The notes beneath the pieces are model-generated. The model was given only the letters and a program-made list of their open reading frames with translations. It was not told the origin of the DNA and did not search any database. DNA of 64,000 bases, taken from NCBI GenBank assembly GCA_013265495.1, contig MU058384.1, positions 5,328,792-5,392,791 of the forward strand. The letters are read 5' to 3'. How positions within the stretch are numbered: position 1 is the stretch's first letter; the number at the start of each line of letters is the position of its first letter. A program made the translations under genes and the position numbers. Positions 50,779 to 63,719 of this stretch are shown in pieces. Source of the DNA: Vicugna vicugna (lineage: Eukaryota).

Positions 50779-51240
50779 TGTAGCACACACCACTGGTTGC
50801 CCATCCACCATCTGCTCTGCCCCTCTTCCTCCTTCCTAACTGAATCCTGGTCTTGTTCTGCTATCCTCTTTCCTCTTCCTAGCAGGGATCTTCAGAAGAA
50901 GAGGCCCTATTCCCTGCCCAGAGGATGAATCGACTCCAGAATGAGTTAAATAGAGGCCATTTCTAGCCAATGAGATATGAAAAAAGTCCTCTAAGGGCCT
51001 CTGGGCAATGTCTTCTTTTTTTCAAAAAAAAAAAAAAGGGGAAACACAGGAGGAACCATCTCTTCTTCCACTGAAAGCTGTCTCAATGTGGCACTTGGAA
51101 CTGTCAGGCCACCATTTTGCTGTGCTAAGAGGAACTAGCCTATGGAAAAGCAAATATTCGAGGAACCTGCTTCCTTGATAATCTTATGAGCCACTGAATT
51201 AAGCTAACCTGGAACTGCCTTCCCTTCAGACATCTTAAAA
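50779..51240 (+). mobile_element. Old MaLR LTR (MLT1J/K-like)
   Basis: tgtagcacacaccactggttgcccatcc...ttctagccaatgagatatg...tggaactgtcaggccaccatttt...gagccactgaattaagctaacctggaactgcc. Confidence 0.7.
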
Positions 51241-51630
51241 GATGAGCTGGTTTGGGAAAGAAGCTAATAAGCCAGATTTTATGCATTCATATTGAGAGTG
51301 AGATGAAGGTGTTGACAAAGAAAGCCCAGGGTTGGCACGCCAAGAAATAAGACTCAAAGCCAAATACAGTTGTTTTCCTTGCCGCAGGCCTGGAGGAATT
51401 ATAAATGCGCTTTACTACATCTTCTACTATTAATTATTTACGTTTTCATAAGTATAATTAATGCAATTTATATCAATAGTAATAATGGATAACACATAAT
51501 ATACTAAACAATTTCTTATTTGGGAAATTCCGGTAGTGCTTTCACAATACTCATGTGGGTGCAAGTGTTCTGCTATTACTTCAATTCACAGAAATGTGTC
51601 CATGTGCAGTGTGGCAGAAAAGAAGGAGTA

Positions 51631-51723
51631 GAGAGGTGGGTAGAGCTCAGTGGTAGGGTGCACGCTTAGCATGCAAGAAGTCTTGGGTTCAATCCCCAGT
51701 ACTCCATTTGAAAGAAAAAAAAA
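51631..51723 (+). mobile_element. Camelid tRNA-derived SINE (Vic-1-like) head
   Basis: gggtagagctcagtggtagggtgcacgcttagcatgcaagaagtcttgggttcaatccccagtac, with A- and B-box-like motifs, followed by an A tract. Confidence 0.9.
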
Positions 51724-51730
51724 GTCATTA

Positions 51731-51785
51731 ATGCTGTACCTCAGAAATTAACACAACATTGTAAACCAACTATACTTCAATAAAA
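51731..51785 (+). mobile_element. L1 extreme 3' end directly after the SINE
   Basis: atgctgtacctcagaaattaacacaacattgtaaaccaactatacttcaataaa matches the ends of the L1 copies at ~5480-5530 and ~25080-25130. Confidence 0.85.
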
Positions 51786-52916
51786 GGAGAAAAAGAAAGG
51801 AGAGGAAAGAAAGCACAGATCTGAGCTCAAATAGCTGGTCCTCCACTAGGTTAACGTTTGGCCCTGGCAGGTGGCTTATTTACCGTGAACCTCAGTTTGA
51901 TTACATTTTAAATTGGTTTCATCCAAATTACACTGCAGTTTGTGCTGAGTAATGGCCATTACTCTAGGCACCTCCATTTTCAAAATTGCATTTACCTTTG
52001 TTCTGGAAGTTCTTCAAATTGTCAGTTACAGATTATGACCACCAATCCTTGATTTTCATTTTAGTTTTCAAGGTCACTGCCATCTCAAGAACCCTCAGGT
52101 TGCAGGAAGGAGGAGTTACAGATCTGTTCATTGAACTGGAGGACACGAATGAAGCCATGCCAGGTGTCTGGCAGGGTCACTGTGTCAAAAGTACAGTCCA
52201 GCTAGTTTACTTTCTCTCTTATTGAAGAGTGAGCTTTCAGAGCTTAGAACTCATCACTGCAGTCAGTCTGTGCAAAGGCTGGGGCTTAGAGGTGGGTCTG
52301 GGCCCATGGGGGCCTCAACTACAGCCCCAGTTCAGCCTTCCAGAGAGGCCATTATTGGAATACAAAGCTCTCTTGCAACTAATACTAAATATGTAATTTT
52401 ATTTTTCACTTGTCTTTGTTCCTTGTATGCATAGCTCTCCCAGGAACACAGTAAGAGTTGACCAGGCCGACACAGGATTTGGACATCTCTTGTTATCTGT
52501 CACTGGCGAGGTTTAATGTGTTTTGAACTAAGCACTGATCTTGACAGTGTCCCTGGATAATCTGAACACTTGGGCTCATTCCTTTGTAGTTTAGTGACCA
52601 CTTATCCCTAATTAAGACATGTTCTGCTTTGCCTTTTATTGTGTGTGTGAGAGTTGCCTGAAAATTACAGCTGTCAGTTGCCCTTTGATAATTGGGAACA
52701 AAAATATTTCCACTTCACTTGGGAAACTCAGAATTTTGCTTTTATGGCAATACATTCATTAGATAAATTCCGAACTACATAAAAAATATTTGGTCATTAC
52801 ACAATTCACTACCTTTTTTTTTTTTAAATAACCAGTCCTCCAGAGGCAGGGGAGGAGGAAAGAACATATTCAATTCATTTTCCTCTTCCTAGGTGTAGCC
52901 CAGGAAAAAAAAAATA

Positions 52917-52923
<7 letters not shown>

Positions 52924-52947
<24 letters not shown>
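52924..52947. repeat. (GT)n microsatellite
   Basis: Perfect dinucleotide run. Confidence 0.95.
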
Positions 52948-52949
<2 letters not shown>

Positions 52950-53399
52950 AGTGGATACACTCATGTGCAAATAAAGAAAACTTCCGTGTTTATCTCCCAA
53001 CCTGCACTCTGTACTCTCTGAGTGAAACTGAATTTGCCTCCCTTCCCCTATCACACACACAGAGTTCAAGCTTGAGATGAGTAAAGCAGAGGAAGATGAA
53101 ACTGAGATGTTTATTTGATTTACATGAGTTTATTCTCTGCCCACCTGGGTTCCTCCTCTTCATAAAAAGGCACCTATGTATGTACATTGGAGCTACTATA
53201 TGAGAAAGTAAAGGAGTTGAATAAATGCAGATCATCCCAGAGTATGCCTCCATTAGCACAGAGATATTCTGAGCTGAGTGGGAGTTCTTTGCATTTTTGG
53301 AGCCAGAGTTTCATACTGAGTGTTGATGTTTTGGAGCCGTGCCTGGAAAATTGCACAGAAGCAAATCAGCTCCAATACTTTATAGAAAATTTGTATTTA

Positions 53400-54210
53400 T
53401 ATAAAATCCTAATTTCTTCCTGCCGTCTACAGGGCCCTCTTTGAGCAGGCTTCGGTCTCAGGAGCCTGGCATCTCCCGCTCTATCTTCTCTCCGGGCACA
53501 CTAGCCTCCTGGCTTTCTTTTCTAATTCAGCAAGCTGTTTCCCACCTCAAGGTTCTCGCTGTCACCGTCCCCTTTGCCCCCACTAGACCTTTACATGGCC
53601 GGTCACCCCTCCATGCCCATGCTGTCGACCCAGGCCTGCCCAGTAGTCACGTCAGGTGAGACAAACGTGAATCATACATGTAATCATACATTTTCTAGTA
53701 GCTACATTTAAAAAAAAGAAAGGGATAAAATTAATTTTAATAATTTTTTAATTTAAGCTAGTATATCTAAAACATCATCATTTCAATATACAATTCATAT
53801 AAAAAATTAATGAGATGTTTTATATTCTTTTTCTCATACTATGTCTTTGAAATCTGGCCCAGCTCTTAGGGACATCTCAATTTGCATCAGCCACATTGAA
53901 AATACTCTCAAGTCACACTGTGACCAGTGGCTACTGTATTAGACCCCACAGACCTAAAATAACTCCCCACCTCCAGCTACTCTCTACCATATTACCCTGG
54001 TTTATCACTATTGTAACACTTATTAATGTTTGAAATCATTCTGTTTGTCTATCGACTCCTATATTTCTCTCCTCCCATCTCCTAAGAACCCCCTACCCTA
54101 AGATGAAAAGTCTAAAGGATCAAGGGCTTTCTTTTATTTTGTTATATCCACAGAGCTTAGGATATTGCCTGTTTTCCATAAATATTTGTTGAAATGTAGA
54201 TGAATAAGAA
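53400..54210 (+). mobile_element. L2 3' region interrupted by MER33
   Basis: ggcacactagcctcctggctt...cccacctcaagg; ctctctaccatattaccctgg...cataaatatttgttgaaatg (L2 tail). Confidence 0.65.
53631..53951 (+). mobile_element. MER33-like hAT-Charlie DNA transposon
   Basis: ttttctagtagctacatttaaaaaa...aattaattttaataa...aatgagatgttttatattc...acatctcaatt...agccacatt...cagtggctactgtattagac. Confidence 0.85.
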
Positions 54211-54222
54211 ACTGATGTGCTG

Positions 54223-54354
54223 AGGAGGGAGGGTATAGCTCAGCGGTAGAGTGTGTGCTTAGCATGCACAAGGGCCTGGGTTCTATCCCCAGTACCTCCC
54301 TTAAAATGAATAAATAATTACCCCTTTCCCCCAGCAAAACAAAACAAAACAAAA
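54223..54354 (+). mobile_element. Camelid tRNA-derived SINE (Vic-1-like), full length
   Basis: ggagggtatagctcagcggtagagtgtgtgcttagcatgcacaagggcctgggttctatccccagtacctcc; (CAAAA)n tail; perfect 14-bp TSD aaactgatgtgctg at 54209-54222 and 54355-54368. Confidence 0.95.
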
Positions 54355-55394
54355 AAACTGATGTGCTGTTAAAACACTGAGTCCACGTAACTTGCTTTTC
54401 TAGTTTTCCCTCCCTTGCGCTAGGCTTCAGGTAAGTGGAAGAATCATGACCACACACGCTGGGGCCCCCTTCCCCTGCTGCATCCACGTCCCCCCATAAC
54501 TAACCTGCGTTGTCTGTATCCTATCAATTTTCGGGTATGGGGCTGCCTCATTAAGAGAAAGTACTTTCCAGCCCACCTTTAAAGCTGCTCTCAAGTTAGC
54601 ATTCAACTCACAGTAAGGAGAGAAAAAAAGGCAAACATCTGGACTTTCTCTTCTTCCCCTGACTTACCATTATCGGATTATCTCAGAAGGTAGTCAGGCT
54701 GTAACTTGTATTTATTATAGTTTTAGCTAATGGCTAAACCCTGGATCTGTGATCAGCTGTAGGCCTTGGAAACTGCCCTGAGGCCTGGATCCTGGAGGGG
54801 AAGTTTCTTCCCCCGCTGCTCTAGTGTGGCCCAGTCTTGCCGGTACCACGGCACTGCATGACAGAGGCCAAGGGCTCCAGATTTGCCTGTGCTCTTTTCC
54901 TCCATCTGTCAAAGGAAAGTCACAATTGTTGCTTATTTCTAACAAAAGACTATAGTGAAAATAACCAGAAAGTACTTAGGCCCAGTAACGCAGAGCATGA
55001 TTGCTGGTCATACAAACCAACGGGCACTGATATTTCAGATTCTGTTCTACACGCAGGTATCACAGTAAAAACTGGTTGAAGTCGTGGAGGGCAGGTCAGT
55101 ATGACAGGCAAATGGTAAAATGGAAGTGGGGCTTGAAAAGAATTCTTACCCTTTCTATAGCCAGAGAAGTTTCTGCCCACTTTTTTGGGCATTTAATTAC
55201 ATTAGCATACAGCTACTCCTGGGTGAAACAGAATGAAGGGAAAGCTGACTTGATTCAGCCCACCCTCTGCAGACTTCCTCCTCTCTCCTTCCCCTGAGTA
55301 CTTTGAAGTTGTGCTTCATCATAAACCTGGCTATGGTTTAATCACAAACTCTAAAGGAGGGTTGTCAAATTTAAGAATGTTGAGTTTCCAATTC

Positions 55395-55760
55395 AGAATT
55401 CATTTATGCACCTACTATATATTAAAAAAATTGAAATGTAAACCTAAATAAGACCCTAGAGGGGTTTCCACTTTAGCAGATGACACATTCATTAAATCAC
55501 AATTTCTGTGATGAATTATTCAATTGCAATCGTCATGAACACCTTGAAGGAGAAGACCAGGTGGTGTGAGAAGATTTAATGGCATCCTGATTTAGTCTCC
55601 CCCTCCAAGGTGTCCTATCAGATAGATCCTGAAAGAGGGGTAGGGTTTAGTGGGTGAAGGGAGTTAGGGAGATTTTTAGGCAGAGGAAGCAGCAGGTGTC
55701 AATGTGCTGAAGTAGGAGGAACCTAGTATAGTCAACAGAATAAGCAATGGCCAGGCTTAC
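55395..55760 (-). mobile_element. L2 fragment
   Basis: attcatttatgcacctactat...gatttttaggcagaggaagcagcaggtgtcaatg.gctgaag.agga. Confidence 0.6.
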
Positions 55761-56204
55761 TGGCCCCAGAAGACTCCCCAGTGAAGGGCTAAGAGAGCTA
55801 CAAGACCAAGAACCCAGAGTCTCTGTGGTTCTCCACAGCAGGGAGACTATCGCTGTCATTCACTGAGGGTTTCTCGTCATCCATTTACCTGGTACTTAGA
55901 TTTCTAACACTCATCTCTTTTGTGAAGTCCTCAAAGTTTGCGGTTTTCCCCATGTGCCATTAGCAGATGTAAAAATCCCTCTACTGTCTGGAAGATCCCT
56001 GTGCTGAGTCCTCTGCTGCAGTAGCAGATTAGGAGCACTAGGGGGCAGAAAGTCTTCTCCTCCATTTGCTTTGGTAGACCACAACATGGTGAAAATGTAT
56101 GCTAAATTTGGCTGAAAGGGTTGAATGAAGGATTAGCAAATGTGGCTACTAACAGGGTCTGAGTCTACTGCCTCTCTGCTCCTAGTTGAGCATTACAAAA
56201 ATGA

Positions 56205-56619
56205 ACAAGTGAAATTCTTCTCAAGTTTATTGGGTATGATCTAATTTGCTCAGAATTAAGCCAGAAAGCTTAACCAGCATGCCTTAATGAAGCTGAGGCA
56301 GTCATGTGACAGTGGTTTAAAAAAAAAAAGCCATTTGAGGGGACTTCTCAAAACATGGTACCAAGAAGCAAAAAAAGATCAGTTTTCAGCTCTCTTTCAA
56401 GACTGCTTCTACATTGGAATGAGTATTGGGAGCAGACCTTAAGACAAAACTAGAAGGCTTTAAATATGCAATCGGATGGGCCAGTGCAATTCGAGAGTTC
56501 ACAAGCTGTTAATCGAAGAGAGTGCACCTTCCGCTTGAATGAAGTTAGATTCAATCTCACTAGGTTTATGCTAAACTTGTGGCAGCCATGTTTCCAACAC
56601 CGGATACATAATGATACCT
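56205..56619 (-). other. Candidate 3'-terminal exon of a minus-strand transcript
   Basis: Strong acceptor tatttttctgttttccccag|A at 56619; AATAAA at 56231-56226 followed by a U/GU-rich tract; not a recognised repeat. Confidence 0.35.
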
Positions 56620-58269
56620 CTGGGGAAAACAGAAAAATAGACAAGGCTACTCATTTCTACAAACTGGTCATGGACTGGGTAGTATTAACCTCACACTGAT
56701 CACGTCTTACTGATTGCTGCAGACGGAAGTCTCATATCAAACATGAGTCAAACCAAATAATTAGCAGATGCCACCAATGCCAATCTGCTGATGTTTAAAA
56801 ATGGAACAAGTGAATCAGCAAAATATTTAGAAAGAGAAGCCTATGCCAACCACTCTGTCATCAAAAGACTTGTGTAGACAATGTAGCCTGTGTACAATCA
56901 AGTTTCCTCAGCATGACCATGGAAAAGAAAATGGGAGCCTACAGCTCAAGCATCACTATAAACGCTGACTGTGTTTGTAAATACTGGATTATGTGGATAT
57001 TTTTTAAAAATCTCAAAACAGTCTTTAAGACTAATCACTAGGCCTATGCGTCCCTATTATTATTATCACTGTCAGTTATTCAAAAGCAAATGGCTCTGCT
57101 TAAAGTGGGGCATGATCTCTTTTCTCTGGCAGCACATTCGTTTGATCACAGAATACTAATACGCATGGATTTAAGAAACATAAAGCGTGTATGTTTATAC
57201 ACGAAACTAACACAGAAAAGCCTAACACAGGCACAGTTAACATTAGAAAGGACGGTATGATTCAGACGAAGTTAACAGACATATTTCATGTGTGGCAGAC
57301 ACTGTACTGGGCACTCGTTAGGCATTACTATATGTATAATTCTAAGCAACTCTTACAGTTGGGTTTACCATTGTCTCCATCTCCTAAGAGGCTTGGGGAA
57401 GGGGAGTAGCTTGCTGCACAAGCAGCAGGGTCAAACGTGGAGGCAGTTCTGTCGACTCCTAACCCTTGTTGATTGATCGCCCAACCTCCGTCCCTTCTTC
57501 CTTTCAGCATCTCTCTTTCCTTTGGGGGGATTGCTTCTCCCTCATTGTGGGTAGTCTTGGTAGGTTAGAAAATTCAGATAAGCTCCTCTTCTTTAATGAA
57601 GGCCAAGAGGTTCCAGGTGCCGCCTTTGGCCAGAGTCTTTCTGTGGGAAGGATCTGAGAAGAAGGCCTTCTAAGATCTACACCTGGTCAACTGGACGTTC
57701 TCTCTTTGATTCTGACGCGTGGAGGGGAGAAACAGCCCCCGCCGGCAGTCCCGCCTGGTTCCTGTCGCATCTCTAAACATGCCTCTCCAGACTTCCTCTA
57801 GCTTGGCGTGCTGTGCTCACCAATATCCTTCTAACAAATTGAACCAGAGTTGCCTGTAACCAAAGAATTTAATGCCTTAAAATAAGTGTCCTTGTAATTC
57901 CTACAACCCCCAACTGTGTCAAGAAAAGACAGCAGTTTTATATTGATTTCAAATCCTGAAATAACTTCACAAATAAAGTCCTTATCCCAAATAGAATAAT
58001 GTACAAATCAAAACAATGTTGACCTTGAATTTTCATTGAAATTGTTACTTAGACATGAATGCAACATATGGACTTTGTTACCTCTATATAAGCATAGTTC
58101 ATCTTCTAGGTAGATTGGAATTAGTTTCTTGCATTGCCATTCGAACCACTTTCTAGCAAGACCCTTTTCCTTTTTATAGAAAAGTAAACTCCAGCTGCTA
58201 CGTCCAGATTAGGCCAATTCTGCATTTGTGGATAATGCACAGTAATGACTCTTATTAACTCGGTCCTTA

Positions 58270-58460
58270 CTAAATGCTGTGAACTATGCTTAATTCTTCA
58301 CACTTAATCATTGTGTGACGTAAAGGTTATTTTTCTCTTGTCATACATAAAGCAGCCAAAGCTTGGAGAAAGGAAGTGACTTTCAAACAGTAACACACCT
58401 GAGAAACCATGAAACCAGCCCTTGAACCTGGCCTGTCTGAGCCCAAAGCTTCACATCTCC
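58270..58460 (-). mobile_element. MIR SINE, antisense
   Basis: ggagaaaggaagtgactttc...cacacctgaga...cccttgaacctggcctgtctgagcccaaagc. Confidence 0.65.
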
Positions 58461-58884
58461 CTACTAAGGTAGCCAGCTGTACTGCTCTATGGAAAGCCAG
58501 CGTTCCTCCTCCTCCTAACCCTTAAAGGTGGCCTTCATTGTCACCAAGTCACAGACAAGAAAATTGAGACTACAAGAAGGTACGTGCCTGTCACAGTTCA
58601 CATAGGAGAGGGCTCTGTCATTCTAAAACCATCACTGCACTGAGCTACCTCCCTGGGAAGCTTCATGGTGTAAAGATTAAGTAAAAGCAAAGTCACAGCA
58701 CGTTTATAAAATGATTACAATGCTCCCAGTGCATTGTGTGTTTCCAAGAATGCAAAGCACTTTTACCAACAACCTGGCTTCTTTTAAGCCTGGAAGACTT
58801 AATAGCAGCTAGTTTGAGAAATATGTGCTGAATCATGGAGGCAACCAATTTAAACATTAGCCCTCTCTCAATGATTTTTGGCAA

Positions 58885-59095
58885 AACACAGAATTTGGAG
58901 TAGAAAGGGAATTTAGAAGTGACTCAGTCTAATTTTTACATATATATATATACCCCAATGGAGAACCTGAAGAGGACCAAATGAGTTGGGAGACTTTCCC
59001 CAAGGCCCAGAATTTCTGTGTCTCAAACTGGAAACCAGGGTACTGGTCTATAGATTCCCGGGGCAGTGCTCTCTCCACAACAAGCTATTTCCTCC
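58885..59095 (-). mobile_element. MIR SINE, antisense
   Basis: cacagaatttggagtagaaaggga.tttaga...gactttccccaaggcccag...gattcccggggcagtgctctctccac. Confidence 0.65.
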
Positions 59096-60924
59096 CCTGG
59101 GCACTATTTAAATGTAAAACCCAAACTAGCTTAAGAGAACATCAATCTAGCCTGATTAGATAATCACGTCCCTTCAAGTGGCTCTTCTGTAAAAATCCTT
59201 TTCATGCCAGGGCACTTGTGTCCTCAACAGAGCCTAGGTGGATGGAACCGGGTGCATTTCAGGTTTGCCTAATAGGGAGCAACACACGCTTCGTGGTAAA
59301 ATAATGGAATTTTTGCAGACGAGGAGATAGTGTGATGGTGGTGGTAGGTGCAGAAGGAGCGCTGGCTGCCCCCTCACACCTCTCCCTCTCAGCACTCTCT
59401 AGAACCACAGGGTAGTCCCCTCATGCTCAGCACACTAAGTGATCACCCCTCTCCCTCCTCCGGCTAGATAATCAGAAGGCGATTTTGACTGGCAGCTTGC
59501 TCCAGCCTTCCCATGCAGTATGTGGAGCCTCCAGCTCCACCCCTAAAATATAGCTACTCAGCTTTTGTGTTCCTTCTCTCGTTTCCCATTGCTCACTCAC
59601 ACTGAGATGGGAGTTTTGTCCATTTCTAAAGGACCAGGTCTTTGTTCTTTTCCTTCTATAATACCGAACACTGTGATGATCCAAAGCTGAGGATAATGGA
59701 AAAGCATGACACAGGCTTACACAACAGCCAAAACATCAAAACCATACTGTGAAATAGATCAAGTAACATAAAATGACTACATGTCATTTTCTTTCCCCTA
59801 ACATTTCTTGCAAAATGGGAGGCCCATGAAAACACAGTCAGTAACCCGCCGCAGTATGGATGTGGACTTGGGCTGGCCAGGTCCAGGCTGCGTGTGGCCT
59901 TTAGACCTGTGACATGCACACAGCAGCTGGATAGGGAACTCCCTGGATGAGAGCCAGCTGGAGATTTTTGCTGATGCTGCCAGTGACACGGATCTTTGGG
60001 AGTGCCTGTCCTTTTCTTCTGCCCTTTCTTCCCTGCCCATTTTGGAATTAATGTACAATCCTTTGGCCAGTCTCACTCTTCCTTCCTCCCTTTTCTCAAC
60101 CACCACACAGGAGATACAGAGTGTCAGGTGGCACTGTCCTGCCACCTATGTAGAATTGCCTCTTGCTTTCTGCCCAAACCAAGGAATGCTTAGAACTGGG
60201 ATTTTTGGACAATGTTTTTGTTCTGCATGGCCCAATATCCTTCACTGGGTACATGATTTGCAACTTAGCACCGTGAACAAAAGTTGCCTGGTTTTGCATT
60301 TTGACCATTGAATATCAGGCCTCGATTAAGCCAAGAATTCTGAACTGGCTCTTGGAACTGATTTAGTTCTCAGAGGTCTCCTGACAACTGTGGAGCTATG
60401 AGCTCAATTGCTAAGACCAAGTCCTAGAGAAGTGGCCCCCAGTTCCCAGGTTCTACAGCAGGAAAGGGGCCAGCTCATCGCATCAGTTGAGACAATGTTA
60501 ACTTCTTCACAACCAGATGTTTTCTTTCTTGATGCCAGAGGTGAAGATTCCGAGAGAGAGTGTGACAGACGTTAAGAAGACCGTCCAAGTTCATGCAGCA
60601 ACTAAGCAGCTGAGTTCAGGATGATTGCCATATCCGAGCTCTAGTTAATATACCACTTCCATTCCATCCCTTTCAAAAAATAAATATCAATTAGCCAGCT
60701 CTAATCTCAGCATGCAAACACTGATCTTTTCAGTTGAATAGGTCTTATCTCCCCAGTTAATTTATTGACCCTTTGGTAGGTAGTAAGTCTAACATTGTGT
60801 TCTCATTCTTGCAAAAAAAAAAAAAAAGCACTCCATGAATAATTACTGATTAACACAACAGTAGACTGTTTTTAAGGATATGTTTTCAGCCCTGGTCACC
60901 TTGCCACCTTTTTCTTTATTTTCC

Positions 60925-61330
60925 CTACTTTAAAAAATTACAAAGGTAATACCTGCTCATGATAAAAATACATAGTATATAAAATAATCAAGTCCCCATC
61001 TCAGTGCCATTCCGTTTATCTAAAATAATCAGTGCTTCTGAGTAGGTGATCTTTCCCACCTACCCTCATGCTCATACAATCACATGCAAATGTACAGACA
61101 TACAGCTTTCCTCTTCCTTATCTTTAAAGCAAAAATAGCATTATTATCCTATATAAATTACTCTGCAGCTTTGTGTTTTTCAGTTAAGTGTACATCACAA
61201 ATATCTTCCCAAACCAGTAAATATAAAGCTTACCTATTCATTCTAATAGCTGCACAGCCATTCCTCTAATGAGTGTATCACAATTAACTCAACCATTCCC
61301 ACATTACTGGTTATTCAGGTTCCCACTGTC
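60925..61330 (-). mobile_element. Degraded L1ME-like 3' fragment, antisense
   Basis: ttacaaaggtaatacctgctcat...ttattcattctaatagctgcacagccattcc...actcaaccattccc. Confidence 0.6.
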
Positions 61331-63008
61331 TTCTAAGGAGCTTCTAGTCTGACCACCTCTTGCACACCCACTCCTGCTCAGATAGCCAGAGTCAGTTCTT
61401 GTCTAAAATGATGTCATTCACTCCTTAGATAATGCCTCCAAAGTGCTAGGGAATTTGTTTACTGTGAATTAAAATAACCAAATTAAGGTGTCCCTTCTGT
61501 TCCATAACTCAGATGAGAGTATGTCCTTTCTGTACACCGTTATTTAGGTAACATGTATTATATAGGGACTATATGCTCCCCAGTAGAAAATGGAATATTT
61601 TGAGTTTGCAAAGGAACCTTACAGCTTTTGTGATAGTTCCAAATATGTGTTTGTCACGTATGGTTTCTACTTCACTTTACTTGTAACAACAACAACAAAA
61701 GGCTGCTTTTTGGTTTTCTTGGCTTTCAAAAATTGTTAGTCCATCAAAACGTAAGCTCTACAAGAAAGAAATTGAACAAAACTTAGTCTCTTTCTTCAGC
61801 ATATCCCTAGCATGTGGCAGGATGATTGGTGCACTGAGCAGGGAGTGTATCGATATCAGTTGAATGAATAAAAATTGACCATTTTAGATTTCACATATTC
61901 TGAATCACACTCAGTCTGGTCAAAAAAAAAAAATAAAAAATAAAAAATAAAAAAGGTCATGTTCTAACTCATGCTAGAGTTTTTCTTTTCCAAATGGCAA
62001 CAAGGTACTTAGTTCCCTGAGCTCAATTAGTTTCTGATTCAGTTAACTACTAGATGTCTACTCCTGAGAACTGACTATGAGTTGGTCAGGAGCCAAAGTA
62101 CACATTCAGATACCAGCTGAGAATCCAATTTTCAGGACCACCTAAAGAGGGAAAGGTAGTTTAAAAGCTGAAGCTCTAAAGGCATTATTTATCCTAAAGC
62201 TGTACATAAATGCCTCCACTGGTTAAATACATCATAACACAGTGGAAGTGGTATCTGTCATTAGAAACGATGATGGAGGAAAACACTGAAGGACATGGGG
62301 CGATGGGATGTATAACACAAGGGAGAGCATGGTCGCATTTAAACTAAAGGAAATACACTGACATCTATTCATATAGGTATCAAACCAGAGGATGTACACT
62401 AAAATGTTAACAGTACTTCTAAGCAAAGTGAGTATGAATACCTTTTGTAAAAAATTTCTTCTCTTGGCTTATTTTTCTGTCAAAAAAATTTTTTTAAGAT
62501 AAACAAGCATTGGAAGAATTGTTTCTGTGACTATTACATAACTCTTATTTGCCATCTTATCAAATCAAAGCAGTTGTTTTCCTTTAACTAAAACTTTTTC
62601 AACAATGTGATACTTTAAAAAAAAAAAAACGTGGGGAGGGATAATATATATTTCCAAAGCCAGAGAAGTAGCACACAAGACTCTCATTACCAAAAGAACT
62701 GGAAAAATAGGCCAGGTAAATCTTCCCTCCATCAAAGTGTTGATAATTGTGATCTACCTGGCGATTAAGCTGACAAGCTCTAGTCACAGAGGAATAGGTG
62801 TAATTATAAGAATTTTTGGCAATTGTAAAGTAGCTTCCTTCATAGCACTGACAAGTTTTGTGTAGAAATATTTTACTTTGCTTAGAAATCTCCCCCTGGG
62901 AGAGAGGAGGAGCTGAGTACGGCATGTGTTTAGATCAGGGCTAAGCAACATGGAAACACATTTTGCAGCAACTTGAAATCACACATATCTTAAGCTGGTC
63001 ACGCTTAC

Positions 63009-63080
63009 TTTAAGTAGCTTTCCTGGGACCAGCAAAACGCAGTTGGCTGTATTGCTTCATGACCTGCAGTCCTTACAGCT
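63009..63080 (-). other. Candidate 72-nt internal exon
   Basis: Acceptor tttggttcctcttacag|A and donor AAA|GTAAGC; one open frame, phase 2-2 (AVRTAGHEAIQPTAFCWSQESYL). Confidence 0.35.
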
Positions 63081-63698
63081 CTGTAAGAGGAACCAAACCT
63101 TTAATTGTTACCTCTGGCTCCTGATCATTACAGATTGTGAAGGGTTATATCGTGGAGCTTCTGGTGTGGTATAAAGAGTCAGATTAGCCCCAAATGGTGA
63201 CATTTAATTGGAAATAGCAGGAAAGCAGCTAGAAAATGATTTTGGGCTTTTGTAGGTAGCTCTAGCCTCAGAGAACACGTGTCATTAGTGGCTTCGGAAA
63301 AATCCATGTCTCTTTCAAAGAATCATCACATGGACACAGCACAGGCCTGGCACCAAAAGGACCCCAATAAATACTTGTTAAGTGAGTGAATTTGTGGTAC
63401 GGATATCCGGATAGAGGACCAAAACCCAGACTCACTCTTTGTCTCCTCTAGCCCATTTGCTTCATGCAAATGAAGTAAAACTAAACCATCTCTCCAGGTA
63501 GTTCCTGTATAGTTCTGCTGATGCTAGGACTCAAGTTTCTCTTGATCTCTAGAAAAATGCCTAAGAATTTTGTCTCCAGACATCATTTCTGTAATCCTAG
63601 TAACAAAAGAAAAACCAACACACAACAGTCAATGCCACATACATGCGCACAAACTTTTGCAGTAAAACAACTAAAGAGCATAATTCTTGTAAAAAGGT

Positions 63699-63719
63699 AC
63701 ACACACACACACACACACA
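63699..63719. repeat. (CA)n microsatellite
   Basis: Perfect dinucleotide run. Confidence 0.95.

Noticed and set aside
54223..54300. tRNA gene (also 42470-42550 and 51631-51705)
   Set aside because: The tRNA-like heads have A-rich tails, TSDs and mutual divergence, so they are SINE copies, not tRNA genes.
59798..60311. Overlapping ORFs on both strands
   Set aside because: No splice signals bound them and no protein family is recognisable; compatible with chance in GC-balanced sequence.
62599..62925. 108-aa ORF / 90-nt exon 62847-62758
   Set aside because: Poor polypyrimidine tract, weak donor (GTAGAT), a phase incompatible with the neighbouring 72-nt candidate exon, and no recognisable homology.
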